Source: Takakia lepidozioides
Taxonomy: Eukaryota; Plantae; Bryophyta
Direction: 5' to 3'
Length of the DNA stretch: 64,000 nt
Assembly: GCA_030704615.1 (NCBI GenBank)
Contig: CM060731.1
Coordinates: forward strand, 94,736,001 to 94,800,000
Shown in pieces: positions 10,874 through 23,800 of this stretch. The position numbers and the translations under genes are program-made. A model generated the notes under the pieces. The model did not search any database. It saw only the letters and a list, made by a program, of their open reading frames with translations, and was not told the origin of the DNA. Every line of letters begins with the position of its first letter. Positions within the stretch are counted from its first letter, which is position 1.

Positions 10874-13800
10874 TTAATCTTGAAAATCATCAGTATTGTC
10901 GTCCTGTCCTTGACTGTCCTGTTCCGCCTCCACCCCGTCATTGCCTTTCTCATCTCCAGCGGACTGCTCGTTGGCCAGGCTTTCGAAAATCCCATCTTCC
11001 CCTTGCGGAACCGACCATCTCACCTCCGTTGGGTCGTCGTCCTCCCTGTCTGCATCGCTCTCATCCGCTGAATCACATATGAACTTTCGCACCCGTCTAC
11101 ATGTCTCAGCTGTTGCCAACTCTTTCCTTATCCTTTTGTCCTCCCTAGCCCTCTCCAAAATCTGCTCTACTTTACTGGGATTCTCACAGCGTCTAATCGC
11201 TGTATTTGCGAGTTTAGCTGCATAACTAGGAAGGGAGTAGTCCTTCACCGGCCTCGTCATGAAGTCGGCCCTCGCAAAGAACGGGACATTCTTCCTGGCA
11301 AGAAGTGTAGGCCCTACATGTTTCGAAACGGATCCTGGAATCGTGCACATAACAATCACCAACGAGACAATGAGAACCACAGTCCGGAAATGCGTTTGAC
11401 AAAAAATCACCAGAAGGCTTTGCAAACTTACAATGTTTGCACTCACTCGTATTCCGGGTTCTCCTCGGCATCAATGTCCATTGTCTCTTCCTCCGACTCC
11501 GATGAATCCGAGGAGTCTTTCCACAAGCTCTCCGTCCGGAATATCCAAGATGATCATATCGCAAGACCACTCAGTGGCATTTCCGCCCCTCCTACAATCC
11601 TTGTCTGCACACACCCTCTCAAAGAACGAGACCATCTTCAGAAAACCCAGGGGTGTGTCGGAAGGCTCTTGGCAGCCGCCTTCTTCAGTGCTCTGCCTTC
11701 AGACCCTCCATGGTCTTCATGTATGCCAACTTGGCTGCCCGTCCATCCAAAGCCGCCAAGAAACTCTCATTACACACTGGACTACTGTATCGGGATCCAC
11801 TTTCGGCTCTTCATTTCCACCGGCTCGAAAGGGTGCCCCCCCGGGGGGTTGAAGAGTGCCTTCTTTGCCGAGCCTGTTCTCGTCCCTCTTGTGACAACGG
11901 TGGGCACAGGGGATTTTGGCTGCGTTTCGGGGGGTGGGCTGGTTGCAAAGTCTCCATCGGAGTCCTCTTCGTCACCCTCTTCCTGCTCTATCTGTTTCTG
12001 CTTCTTCGTTTTCTTGGGTGTCACAACTGCTGCTCCTTGCTGGCGAGTTCTCTTCTTCGACCCCTTCTGTTGAGCCTGCACAACTGCATCCACCGTCTTC
12101 TGTGCCATCTCAGCTGCCTTTCTGGATTGTTCCAGAGCAGCGGCTTCCTTTGCCGACTCTGGCCCAGCAGGGACATGTCTTTCCTTTCTCTTCTCTTCTG
12201 CTTTCGCGTGCAGATCTTTCTCAGACTCGTCAACAATTCCGCCAGACATGTCCAGGTACCACGGGCATCCAACGAGATGCGCGGCATACCATTGTTTCTA
12301 CATCTTGGGTGTGTAGACATAGCTTGGGCCCGCCACGGTCCAAGCCATGAAGAACGGGGGCTCTTGAGCCAGGGCCCCTGTCTGAAGAAGCACGTATTTC
12401 ATATACCTGTAAGGCAGTCAGCATGCGTGAGCTCAAATTCAGACCAACGTACTCGACGAGTGCAACCGAAAACATAAAATGTGAATGCGGTGCTGCATTT
12501 CCCAGACAAACCTCATAACCAGGCTTTCCATACAAGGGCAGCTGGGCTTCACCTGTAAACGATTCGCATTGCAGCTTTTCCCGCTCCCTCCTGATGTGTA
12601 AACTCCACGCTCCTTCTTGCTGTCTGTAGCTCCCTGGCAAAGAGGTTGTCCTTGTACGCACATCTGAAACGTGTCACGTAGTCTTCCGATGTCTGTGTTC
12701 CATCCCATTTGACGTACAAGCCGAACGAATTTGTATGCATTACGACTGCTCCTTCGCATTCGTCATTACCTGCAATTCCCACATGCATTGTCACGTAGCA
12801 GTTCAGGGAATTCATTTCAGAAAAGCAAATCTGGGGAAGTACCTTGAATTACCTGGAACCACCAAGTCATGCGGTTGAGCCACACATCCACTGCATGGTC
12901 GGAAACTTCGAGTGGAAAAGACCACATTGTCCTTATACTCTCCGATGCATTCCAGATCGACAACCACCGTGTCTGCCATTTCCGATCCAATGTCAGGAGC
13001 AGGAAGAAGAGTGGCTATTGCTAGGAAGGAACTTCAGTGCATTGAAACCTCACCTTCTCTTTCACCTCAACACATGCCGTTGAGAGGTGATGCAGTTTCT
13101 CCAACTGCATGGTCGGCTGCATGGCCCGAGAATAGTGTTTTGCAATCTCGGGGATGAAGTCCTTTCCAAGTGCCGGATCTGCAATTGCCACCAGCTTCAC
13201 AAGCTTTGACTTGTATTTCATTCTCGACTTGACCCCGGCTTCCTTCAAGTGCTCAGTCAATGACTGCAACGTTTTGACCTGCCCCTCACTTTCCATGAAG
13301 AAGCGTTTGGCATGGCCAAATCCAGCTTGATGTTTGACTGCCAATAAAAACATGCAGAAGCGTTACATTCAATTCATGTGGAAAGATTACTGAAAATTGG
13401 GGAAGGATGAGCAGAGGGAAATGGGAGGACGACTTACTTCGTATATCACCTCCACCATTCCATCCATAGTGAGACGATACCATGTCCGGTCAGTTTTTGC
13501 CACGGCTTTCTGAATGAGCTCGGGCTCCAACATTTCCGCAAACATGTGCGGATCAGTGAGACCAGTTTTCCTCACCCTGTACAGCATATGTGCCATGTGG
13601 GTATGCACGTACGCATTTTCATTGACCCTGCAAGGCGCACTCTCTAGTTCAGTCCACGGAAGCACGGAAACAAAACAGATTGGAAACCAAAATGTGGCAC
13701 CGCATTTCGAACGTGCTTGGGAGGATATGAGTATCTTACGAGTTGAGGTCCGCCATGGCATTCTTGAGCAGGGAGGAGTCTGCCGCCTTCATCTTGAGGA

Positions 13801-15105
13801 TGACGCACTCCACCATGTAATGCCAGCCAATGTGCTTGGCATGGTTCTGCTTGATGTACTCCCACCAGGCAAGAAGTCGGTGATTCCCGTCCCACAGAAA
13901 GAACATTTTACCCGACATATGGCCGAAGGCTGGATCACCCTTCAGCGTTGCCTCAAATTCGTCGTTGCGAGTGTGCTAGTGGGTATCCCATGTTGACAAT
14001 TCATCCGCAGTGGGTCCGCAAGTTTTGCCATCTTCATTCTCAATGGAAACGTAGAAGGCTGGCGAACCTAGACGGTACCCTTCTTGAAATGCGAACTTGA
14101 GCTTATCCACATCTCCGGGAAGTGTTGCCTGACGATGGGAAGGGAGACCATGCGACAGAGTGGGATTCGAATCCGCTGGAATACCGTGCTGCCCAGAACT
14201 GCCAATGCTATTGTGTGTCTCCTCCAACATTGTATCCGCTGCACTTTGGAATTCCTCCAGAGAAATTTCTGTAGGTGGCAGTAGGGGCTGAGCAGCTGGA
14301 GCATCCCCAACTAGAGCTGCACTCTGGGGATTCTATGCGGGCAATTCTGCCATTGCATCCTCCGGTAACAGATCGACGAAATCGGTCGATCCCATTGCCT
14401 TCGCTGCAGCAGAGACGACCCCAACATCACCAGGCTGGAAATCAAGCAGGAACTGGGCTTCAGCTCGTGGAATCGGTTTTGCGGGAGACTGCTCCGCCTC
14501 CCCTGATTGCCTTGTGCTTCCTCATTTTTGGGTGAAGGTGAAGGTGTCTACTGCAATGAATCTGCCCTGTACCCTTCTGCTTCATTCGTGTGGGTGGGGG
14601 GGAAACGGCCTGGTCCAGTTTAGAAACTAGTTGAAGGACGGGCTGCTTCTTCTTCGTCTTTGCTGGAGAAGGGCCCGACCCCTGCTGGCGATTCTCCATG
14701 ACCTTTGAACGCAAGTCGCTCTCTGGGGCTTTGAACTGCAAGACTTGCCTTCGAAGCCGCGTAAACGCACAGAGCTAGGCCTGGCAGGAAGACCCGTGTT
14801 CGTGGATCGGCTGGGTGTGCGTGCTGCAGCTAGCTCCATGGACTCTTCCTGCGGCTCTTCGGATTCCTGTGATCCCTCCAACACGTCCACCTTTCCAGTT
14901 AGGCATGCAAACATCTTTGTATCAAGTCTCCTAGCATACAGTCTAAGAATTGCAGAAGAAAAATGAGGGGGGTTTTGGTGCTCGATCAGCTACGCGCATC
15001 CCGATAGCACGGAGCTCTCACTGGTGGCTGGGTTGCCTGCGTGGCCTGCTACTGCGAGATGACAATCTCCTCTTGTAGACGCATCTGCTTCCTCCCCTTC
15101 GGCAT
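10874..15105 (-). pseudogene. Multi-exon ParB/Srx-domain + amino-MTase fusion gene (MTase core deleted in this copy)
   Basis: RIPLCRMV..VRQ/LPGDVDKLKFAFQEGY..PAFYVS...FLWDGNHRLLAW (DGNHR at 13877-13891). Later CDMIILDIPDG (11531-11545) is fused directly to the acidic tail. Terminal exon is homologous to 3900-4110. GT-AG introns, stops and frameshifts. Confidence 0.65.
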
Positions 15106-15494
15106 TGGCCTACGTCCGAAGTACAATTTTCGGAGCTTGTGACGATGTCTCTTCTCTGGTGCACGAACTCCCTCCCTCTCAAGTTCGAGCGTAAGAAGAA
15201 CAGAGACAGGGAAAAGCGAAGAGTGTAGATGGAAAGGGCGCGAGAGGGGTGACTGAGTAGACACGACAAAAGAAGATGAAACGGCGGTGATGCACCACTT
15301 GGGTTCGAAAAGCTTGGACGAAAGTGTCTCCTCGTGGACTATGCGTCATTACGAAATTTGAATCGTCAAGGGTACGGGCCGTCCGAAAAACAAACATCAT
15401 TAACCAACGGTCAGGCCGCGCCGCCTCCTGCCACTTCAGTCAGATAGAGTGCAGACATGTGCCGCAAATTCCGTTAGTCCACGTGTTCACATAT

Positions 15495-16762
15495 CATGGC
15501 ATTTCCGTCCTAGCGTCTGATGAGTTAGAGTGAAAATGCAAATGCGGCGCTGCATTTCCGTTAAGTACCATCCCGAAGCTACACATACCGTACTTATTGG
15601 ACGGAAATGTGGCACCGCATTTCCGTTCCACCTTCACATACCTTAGTTGTTGAACGGAAATGCGGTGCCGCATTTCCGTTCTGGAATGTCGGAAGGTGCA
15701 ACTCGGACGGAAATGCGGTGCCGCATTTCCGTCCCACAGCTCCATGCCACAGATACAAAACGGAAATGCGGCGCCGCATTTCCGTTCTGGAATGTCGGAA
15801 GGTGCGACTCGGACGGAAATGCGGTGCCGCATTTCAGTTCCGGTGGTTCACGATTTTCAGTCAGAACGGAAATGCGGTACCGCATTTCCGTTCTGGAGAG
15901 TATGAAGGTCTCCCCCGGACGGAAATGCGGTGCCGCATTTCCGTCCCACAGCTCCATGCCACAGATACAAAACGGAAATGCGGCGCCGCATTTCCGTTCG
16001 GGAATGTCGGAAGGGTGCGACTCGGACGGAAATGCGGGCCGCACGTGGTTCATGATTTTCAATCCGGAAAGGCGGTACCGCATTCCGGACCTAGTTGTGA
16101 ACGGAAATGCCATGCCGCATTTCCGTTCTGGAGAGTATGAAGGTCTCACCCGGCGGAAATGCGGGTGCCGCATTTCAGTTCCGGTGGTTCACGATTTTCA
16201 GTCAAAACGGAAATGCGGTACCGCATTTCCGTTCTACTGTCACATACCGTACTTGTTGGATGGAAATGCGGCACCGCATTTCTGTTCTGGAGAGTATAAA
16301 GGTTTCCCCCGGATGGAAATGCGGTGCCGCATTTCCGTCGCACTGGTGCATGACAAAGATGCAAAACGGAAATGCGGCGCCGTATTTCCGTCCAACAGCA
16401 ATCGAAAGTAGCACACCGGACGGAAATGCGGAACCTCATTCCGTCCACTGGATTCCATTGAAAGAGACCGGACGGAAATTCGGCACCGCATTTCCGTTCC
16501 TGCCTATCCAAAGTGTCCTAGTCGATGAAAATGCGCTGTCGCAATTATTTTCTACCGTGTGTTCCTAGTCCCGTTGGACCTAAATGCGATACCGCATTTC
16601 CGTTCCACCATGGGCCTGCTTTTACAGTGGACTGAAATGTGGTACCGCATTTCTGTTGCACCAGTATTTTGGTTTCCCTGTTGACGGAAATGCGGTGTCG
16701 CATTCCCGATAACAGTCAACGAGAGGATGATGTCGAACTGATATGCGGTACCGCATTCCCAT
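15495..16762. repeat. Palindrome array 2: 24-bp CGGAAATGCGGYRCCGCATTTCCG at a 53-bp period
   Basis: Repeat starts at 15602, 15655, 15708, 15761, 15814, 15867, 15920 and 15973 (exactly 53 bp apart). About 23 copies in total, with 29-nt spacers of a few recurring types. Confidence 0.95.
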
Positions 16763-16886
16763 TCAGCCATGTGCAATGGGTTGCATTGTTCCGAAACAAC
16801 GCAATTTGCTGCCTGTCTTAATGAGCACAACTTGGTTGTCTAACCGTTTTAACTAACAGTCCTGGCACTTGTCAATGCGAACGTTC

Positions 16887-19490
16887 ATGTCTGCACCGCG
16901 AATACTGGTTGATCCACCCTCAGGAGAAACTGTCAGGAGTTGTTATTTCGTCGCCGAATCGGCCATCATTGTCATACTTACTGGATATGGAATCACACCT
17001 CCCACCTTCATGCATGTAGCTTGAAACAATACTTTCCACTTCAATGTACGACTTCCAATTGTCGATGGACTCCGCAGATCCACTTAGATGGTGCCTGTGA
17101 GCCTTGGTCTGTCGCTATACTGAACCTCGCACTTACCAACTTCGTGCGGTCTTCGATGGCTCCGAATTCCTACGCTATAGTTTGCTGTCCTCCGCAAACT
17201 TGGGAGAGCCTGGATCCCAAACGAGGGAGGACTTTGCAGAGTGACTGAAACTTACCTTTGTTCCAAATTCAAGCTCAAACCGGGCACAATTTATTTGGAA
17301 GAAGAAAGGAAGGATGTTCCTGGACAGGTTGATGAGACCATTGTCGTGCTAGGTAACGACGGAGGTTGCAGAATCGAATGGCACGTACCCCCATCAGACA
17401 CCATCCTGTACCGAGCTGTGGGAATGCCCATTCCCTTTCCGAATCAGTCGTTGCCCACACCATCCACAAAGGAGTCGGGAAACCGACAGGCGGCCACTGC
17501 CAATAGAGAGGTATGCAACAATAATCATTCCCGACTTGGACCGTCAAGACCCTCCATAGCTTCTCGTGTGGACGTATTCGACATTTCTGACAAGGAAGAT
17601 GAGTGCATTGAGGTCCCCATGTCCTCCACACGGTCGTTCAAATCCGACATGGACGTCTCTGCAGGTGCTACGCATGTACCCTTGAGCATAACTCCAACCC
17701 GGTCCATTGTGCAGCTCCTACGGCAACATCACCTTGATGGTTCTCGCTCCGAGCTGGCTGCTCTCGACCATGCCAAATTTCCAGTCAGGAAGGTAATGTA
17801 TCTGCCTCCGAAGTCGATGGCAATGTCATTCGAGTTCCACCTATTACTTCGTCAAACAAAGCCTCAGGGATGTTAACAGACATGGATCGAAAGCATGACG
17901 GACACCCCTGGTGTGTGACGAAGACCTGTAGCACGAAAATTGCTGATGGTGTTCGTGTACGATACGTCCTCTGTGCGGGGAAGCTGAGGTGCTTCAATCC
18001 CGCCTGCTTCCACAATCTCTCCAAAGGAGGGCGGAGAAACGAGACGGATTGGACTGGCACAACGCATCATCCATTCATTGTCTCCAGCCAAGCTCCTGCG
18101 GGTACTTTCAAGTGCGCACATTGCAAAGAACCACCGACATGCATGTCCATGTGCAGAGCCAAGCAATATTACGTAATCCATTTGCTCCCGGACTGACTAG
18201 AGCTTGCACACGTTGGGGTCCACTGCCACCCCTTGGTGAGAGACAACATGCGTGAGGCTGTGCAGGAATCACATGACATCATAAAAGAGGAGGTGAAATT
18301 AAGCCCCGAAGCCAGACCAAAGCAGATTCAGCTGAAGGCAGCCCACAAGATTGCTCTTGGCAAAAACATGTCTGAAGATGGTTCAGACCGAGTGCCCTTG
18401 AACGAAGAGGAGATGCTTGACCTGTTGGAGTCCATCTCGCACGTTTGTAGTCCGAATGTGCGGAATCACATCGTATCTTGCAAGCAGGAGTTCGGCCGGG
18501 GGTCGGACATGCACTCAATCCTGGAGGTGAAACGAATGACTGGATATGATTACATCCAAGGTAGCAGGTTTCCAGGGCAAGGCAGCGAATCCGATCGTTG
18601 TTACATTTTAAAAATGTCGACGTGTGGGCCTGGGAGTGGAGTCGACTTGGTCACTCGTATGACAACTGGAAACTTGTCGAATGTTTGGGTGATGTTTGAT
18701 CACATCAAGCGAATTACAAACCATCAGTGGGTGACCATGGGTGCGCATGTTTATGACTATCACTCCAAGAGGCTCATGACGATTGCAATCTGCGAGATAA
18801 AAGGGGAGGACACACAGTCCGAGATGCATCTGTGGGAGGGCATAAACGAGCAGATGGCAAGGGCGGGATTGCCAGAGTCCAATTTCAGGGGATTCATGGC
18901 AGACAACGCTCAGGCCAACTGGGCAGCGGGGCGGCGTGTGTACGGTGAGGACCCCAATGTTCCAATGGAGGGGAAAGAGAGATCCTGTGGATTCCATTGG
19001 ATGCAGAGTCTATCTCACTACACTACCAAATTTGTTGCTAGCTCATTCCAGGCTGAACACTGTGTCATTTGTACGGCGTGGAAGGATGCACCCACATTTG
19101 ATGACGCGGAGGTTAAGTTTGCTATCATCGAGGCTTGGTGGAACACGTCAGGTGCAGTGGAGACAACCAATCTGGGAGCCTTGCACAGCTGGTTGGGGGG
19201 GGTGTGGCATTTCCGGTATCGACAGTTTGGACAGTACATGCGGGAGGTATGATGCTGTCATTTTCGTGCAATTGTCTTTCTATTACGGACCTTTCCATTG
19301 GTCCCTCACCATTGTTTGTGTCCTTGTAGGAGCGGTGCATGGATTCCGACACGGACATGCCGAACACGAATATGGCAGAATCAGTCCACTCCTCCTGGCA
19401 AGTGTCTTCTGCCACACATCTGGTGGACGTAGTGACAGCCACAACGGAGGACATCGACAGAGCAATCATGCAGCAAGCCACGTACTACAA
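16887..19490 (+). pseudogene. MULE transposase with N-terminal GCM/WRKY-like Zn finger (3'-truncated)
   Basis: DGHPW..CAGKLRCFNPAC..CAHC..C..C..HVGVHCHP at about 17890-18235. MFDHIKR, FMADNAQAN, CGFH, intron 19247-19329, then NTNMAESVHSSW. The 5' start is uncertain. Confidence 0.85.
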
Positions 19491-20814
19491 GCCTAAACGG
19501 TGTGCAGTAGAGTAGCAACTGCATACTCTAAGGGGCATGGCACTAAGCACAAGCACTAAGGAGAGGTGACCACATTGTGAGCGGAAACGAAACCGCCTAT
19601 GGCGATCGCAACCACGAAATGGAGGAATGGGGGTGGCGGAGACCCCTCTTGAGAGGAAAATGGGTGGCCCACATGGAGCCATGGAGGCGAAAGGGGACGG
19701 TGGGGATGTGATTGAGGGGCGATTATGTGAAGACAGCACGTAGCAAACAGGCGAAGGGCTTTGTGGGGATGTAGGGTTGGCGAGGCAACTCGTGCCCATC
19801 TGGGCCCCGCAATCTGGCGCCCTATTTGTTACCCCTCGCTATATGGCAAAAATTGGGGTTTTAAAACCCTGCACACCCTTTGTGCAAGTCGCTGACCCAA
19901 GCTGGAGGTTGAAATCTCGCGATTATTCGCCAGATTTAAAAACACTGAAGGTGGCCCCATTCATAAAACCTTCCACGTCCTAGGTGGTTCCAATGAGCTC
20001 CAAAACACAACCCACCCAATCCACAGAGGCTAAGCTGTGCGTGCAACTGAACCCACCTTGTCCCTTGGTATCTTGGTTAGAGAGATGCAGTCCTTTCACT
20101 TTAACAGACGGGCACCCCTGAGAGCTAAACCCTTTCAAAGAGTGACAAATAATGCAACAGTGAACACTGGTGAGGTGAAGACTGGAAAATCATGCAATGA
20201 CCCTTCTAGGGATAGTCCCACTCTTCATCTACAAGGATCAGAAATCCTAGTCCTTGACAGCATATGTGCATGAGGCCTCACATCTGTGACAATCCCTTGA
20301 ACATTTGTTTTTGGGCTGCTTGTTGAGGGCCTCACTCTCTCTTGTTTCTTTCTATGGCAAACAACAACTACATTATCTCTTGTATCCTGCTTTCTCGTCC
20401 TAAAAGCTCTTCGAGCTGCATACGCTCTAAACTGTCATTTCATTCCATATCATTTCATAAGATCCACTCTATACTCTCTGCATACAGAGTGACATCAAAC
20501 ATCTTGCACTAGGGGTCCTCTTTTGAGAATCACTCCAATACATTACAAGGAAGTCACAGAGGTAAATAAGCTCTCGAGTAACTACAGGACAAAAGCCCAA
20601 ACCTACAGTTCCCACACCGGTTAACACAGTGCACCTCACATGCTCTTGACGGAGGAAATGTACTGCCTGAAATATAACCCCCAAGTGACAGTAAGAAAAG
20701 GCCAGAGCTGAGAAGAAACAAATTGAAACCCATAGAAGTTGAAGTACTTGGATAGTGGCTCACTGATTTAAGTTACGTGGTTCAGACAACACTAAGGTAC
20801 ATTCAACCTCCAAC

Positions 20815-23800
20815 TCAGTCTGCATCTCCAAGTCCATCACTTCCATCTCCTCTTTTGTGAATGGGGGCGAAATTAGGGCCAGTTGGCTTGCCTTGCTGTC
20901 CAGCCAGCTCAGCATTCCTCCGTAGCACTGCCCCTGGTGATGGGTAGGGCCGCTGTTGGAACAAAGGACCCTGTACATTGGTAACAAACTGAATCAGCTA
21001 GAAATGTGCAATATATGTCTGCTTGTCAATTGATGTCTTTCTTCCTGGCCCTGGCCAAAGGAATACAATGCAAATACTCAACCGAAATGACATCAAAACT
21101 TCATTCACTCCCTCAAATCCTCATTCTGTTCAAATAAACAGAAGCTACAGATTACTCCAGTGAACAAGGGAAGACAACTCACTGTTGCAGTTGTGTCAGC
21201 TGCCCTGGGTTGCTGACCCTTTAATCCCACACCCCTGCAATTACAGCAGAAATCCAAGCAGAACACATACGAGTACAGTCATGGTCACATAAAGGTGCTC
21301 CAATTATTGAGAGAATGAGGAGCCCCTGCAGGAGGGGGGATTTTGTTTACAAACAAGCGACTCATCATGATAACTTAGCACCGCCATCATCCAAGCCACT
21401 TTCATACTTGAAGGTGAAAAGAGATCGATGAAAATATTCCACACATACCAGCCACCACGCGGTGCATCAGAGTACGAGCTGGGGTCCATGGGATCAAGAT
21501 CGTCGCCCTCTGAAGACCCTCGCTTCCTTTGCTCCTTCCTGCTGACCTTGCCTGTGGGTGGCTTGAGCCCCAGTCTACAAACCAAAGGTAGGGACAGTTA
21601 TCACAGTGTTAGGAGTTGACATTGCATAGGTACATGCCTAAGGACAGCAACTTCCTTCCTCCGATATGCAATAGGTAAAAATTCAAAAACAGGACAACCT
21701 ACAACAGCTGACACAACCCAATGAAATCCAACCACCCTGCTATCTGATGGGCAAGTGGAGGTAGTAGAGCACGTGTTACTCAAACACAATATAACAATAG
21801 GGTCTTCCATACCAATTCACAAGAGATATAATAACCAGATCACCAAAAAACATGTATACCTTGGCTTCGGGTCCTTTTTGGCGCTGTCTACTCCCACAGC
21901 TGCAGCAATATCAGCCTGCCATTTGTGCTTGAACTCGGGTTCAGATTCCTCAGTTATCTGAGACACTGCCATGGCTGCTGCTGTTGAGGTACGCTTGGCT
22001 CCTGGTGAGATGTTTTGAGGAGGAACCTTTATATTTAACACCCTGCATTTTAAGAGAATATATCAAACTTTTGCTAAAGAAACTTGTAAACAAGGACATG
22101 CAGCTATATTCATAAGATAGGCCATTGAGCGCAATGGCTTACATCAAATTTAGGGATCCATACATCTGCGTAGATGTAACATAAGTTGGGAATGAAAATG
22201 GCATGCCTTGGTAGGTTCACTGTTTGAGTTGGCGACTATCGCCCCCCATCATAAGATGAATCATATAAGCTCTGGTGGTTGTAGGTGTATGCTAGAAGAC
22301 AAACAGCATGGTTCCCATTGCTACATTGTGGCTAGCTGGCCCTATGAGGTTTCCCACACACCCCATACAGTCAGAGAGGCTTTCTGGATTAGGGGCTGGT
22401 GTTCTGAGTGCTCTATGGCATCAACTTCTTTAGTCTTTCTTGGTGTCACTTGCTTCTTCTTAGCTCAACCACTCTTGACAGCTTAGGCTGCACTTGGGGT
22501 GATTCTCTAGTGCTAACTCCATCTGGGTCACCATTTATCGATTTTCCATGATGGTACTTGAGGTTTTGATTGGAGAGTTTGTTCTGGGGAGTATCCCTTT
22601 CCTTGTAAACAAGCGGAGAGAAAGATGGAAATTCTATGGGAGGCTACGAGGACACTTTGTAAGGCAACAAAGAGAAAGGAGGAGAGAGGGGCTCTGACAG
22701 AAGAAACCCTGCACACAATATGCAGGAGAATGTGTATCTGAAGGCTCCTGACTGCAGCAGAGAGGAAGGTTAGGAGCCTTGCCCTTGGGGTCTTTCTCAG
22801 CTTTGCTGAAGTGTTGGGTGAAGAGGTTTTCTGAAAAGTTGATCTGGGCTTCGCCCCTTTCCTGTACAAAAAACAGGGGGAAAAAAGAAGAGGAGCCAGA
22901 GCCCTGCTAGTAATGTCAACTGGCGGATACTCGGAAAGTATCAGGAGCAGTTAATCCCAGATCAATGAAAAACTGACAAACTGAGGTTTCCGGTCTGTGA
23001 ACTGCTGAAGGGAGAGTACCTTGTGCAATGATTGCAGTAGTTCCAGGCCTGCACCAGTCCTCGTCCCCACCCTCCACATCCCGCACACTTTTTAAACTTT
23101 GAAGCCGGCCCATTGCCTGCAGGTGAAGTCACCTCACTAACTCCTGCTGATGTGAAGTGTTCCCCTTTCTTGTCTGGGATGCTGGCAGTCCCCTCTGATG
23201 GTGCTGATGCTCCTCCTTTGGGCCGCTCCCATCGTGTTTCACTGGTCTTAGTATTGTAGTAATATTTTTGCCCTGGCCATGCAATAAAAAGGTGTGTCAA
23301 AGAAGCTGGGGAGAGACGAGACCGTCTCCTATATTCCCCCCATCCCCATCTCTCTACTTAGCTTTTTACCTGCATAAGGCACTCCGTCTTTTCTTTCTTC
23401 CCTTCTTGCTCTTTAAGCTGCAGTTAAATCAACACTACGATTCTGACCCAATAAAAGGTAAATACCCCACCATATTCATTACAAAGAGCTTGAGACCTAT
23501 AACAACACACACAAACACACATAAAGAAACTAACAATTGTGTCCTCCATGGCTCTTGGGACGCATGTGATGAAGTAAAACAAGACAAAAACATAATTAAA
23601 CAACTCGAAATGTCGCTTGGCCAGAAAGAGCCCAAGGCAGGTAAGATGATAAGCATTTCAGTCCTTGACACTGGGGCCCTGTTCGGAAGACAGGAGAGTG
23701 ATGTGCATACCTGAACTAGGATCAGTGGCCTCTTCCCAGTCGGGTGGCAAAGGAGCTAGGGAGGGAGGCGGTGGCGGGGGTGGGAGAACTGCTTTTGCTG

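Larger units (their letters stand above)
7434..19490. mobile_element. Large MULE-like element copy 2 with cargo genes (right end lost)
   Basis: Starts GGGGCTGCTATTTCATGAGCCATGAGC, interrupting the LINE RNase H, with CATGAGC subterminal repeats. Contains a paralogue pair, two palindrome arrays, the ParB-MTase gene and a divergently oriented transposase truncated at about 19490. Confidence 0.65.

Noticed and set aside
11490-11530. ELVERLL as an MTase motif after DIPDG
   Set aside because: The alternative frame gives the acidic tail homologous to copy 1, so this is a deletion junction read out of frame.
15495-16762. CRISPR array
   Set aside because: Eukaryotic intron-rich context, no cas genes, and spacers recur as higher-order duplicates rather than being unique.
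9703-16830. Many overlapping ORFs with repeated GNAAPHF / RKCGAAFP / EMRCRIS peptides
   Set aside because: These are translations of the palindromic DNA arrays, open on both strands, and not proteins.
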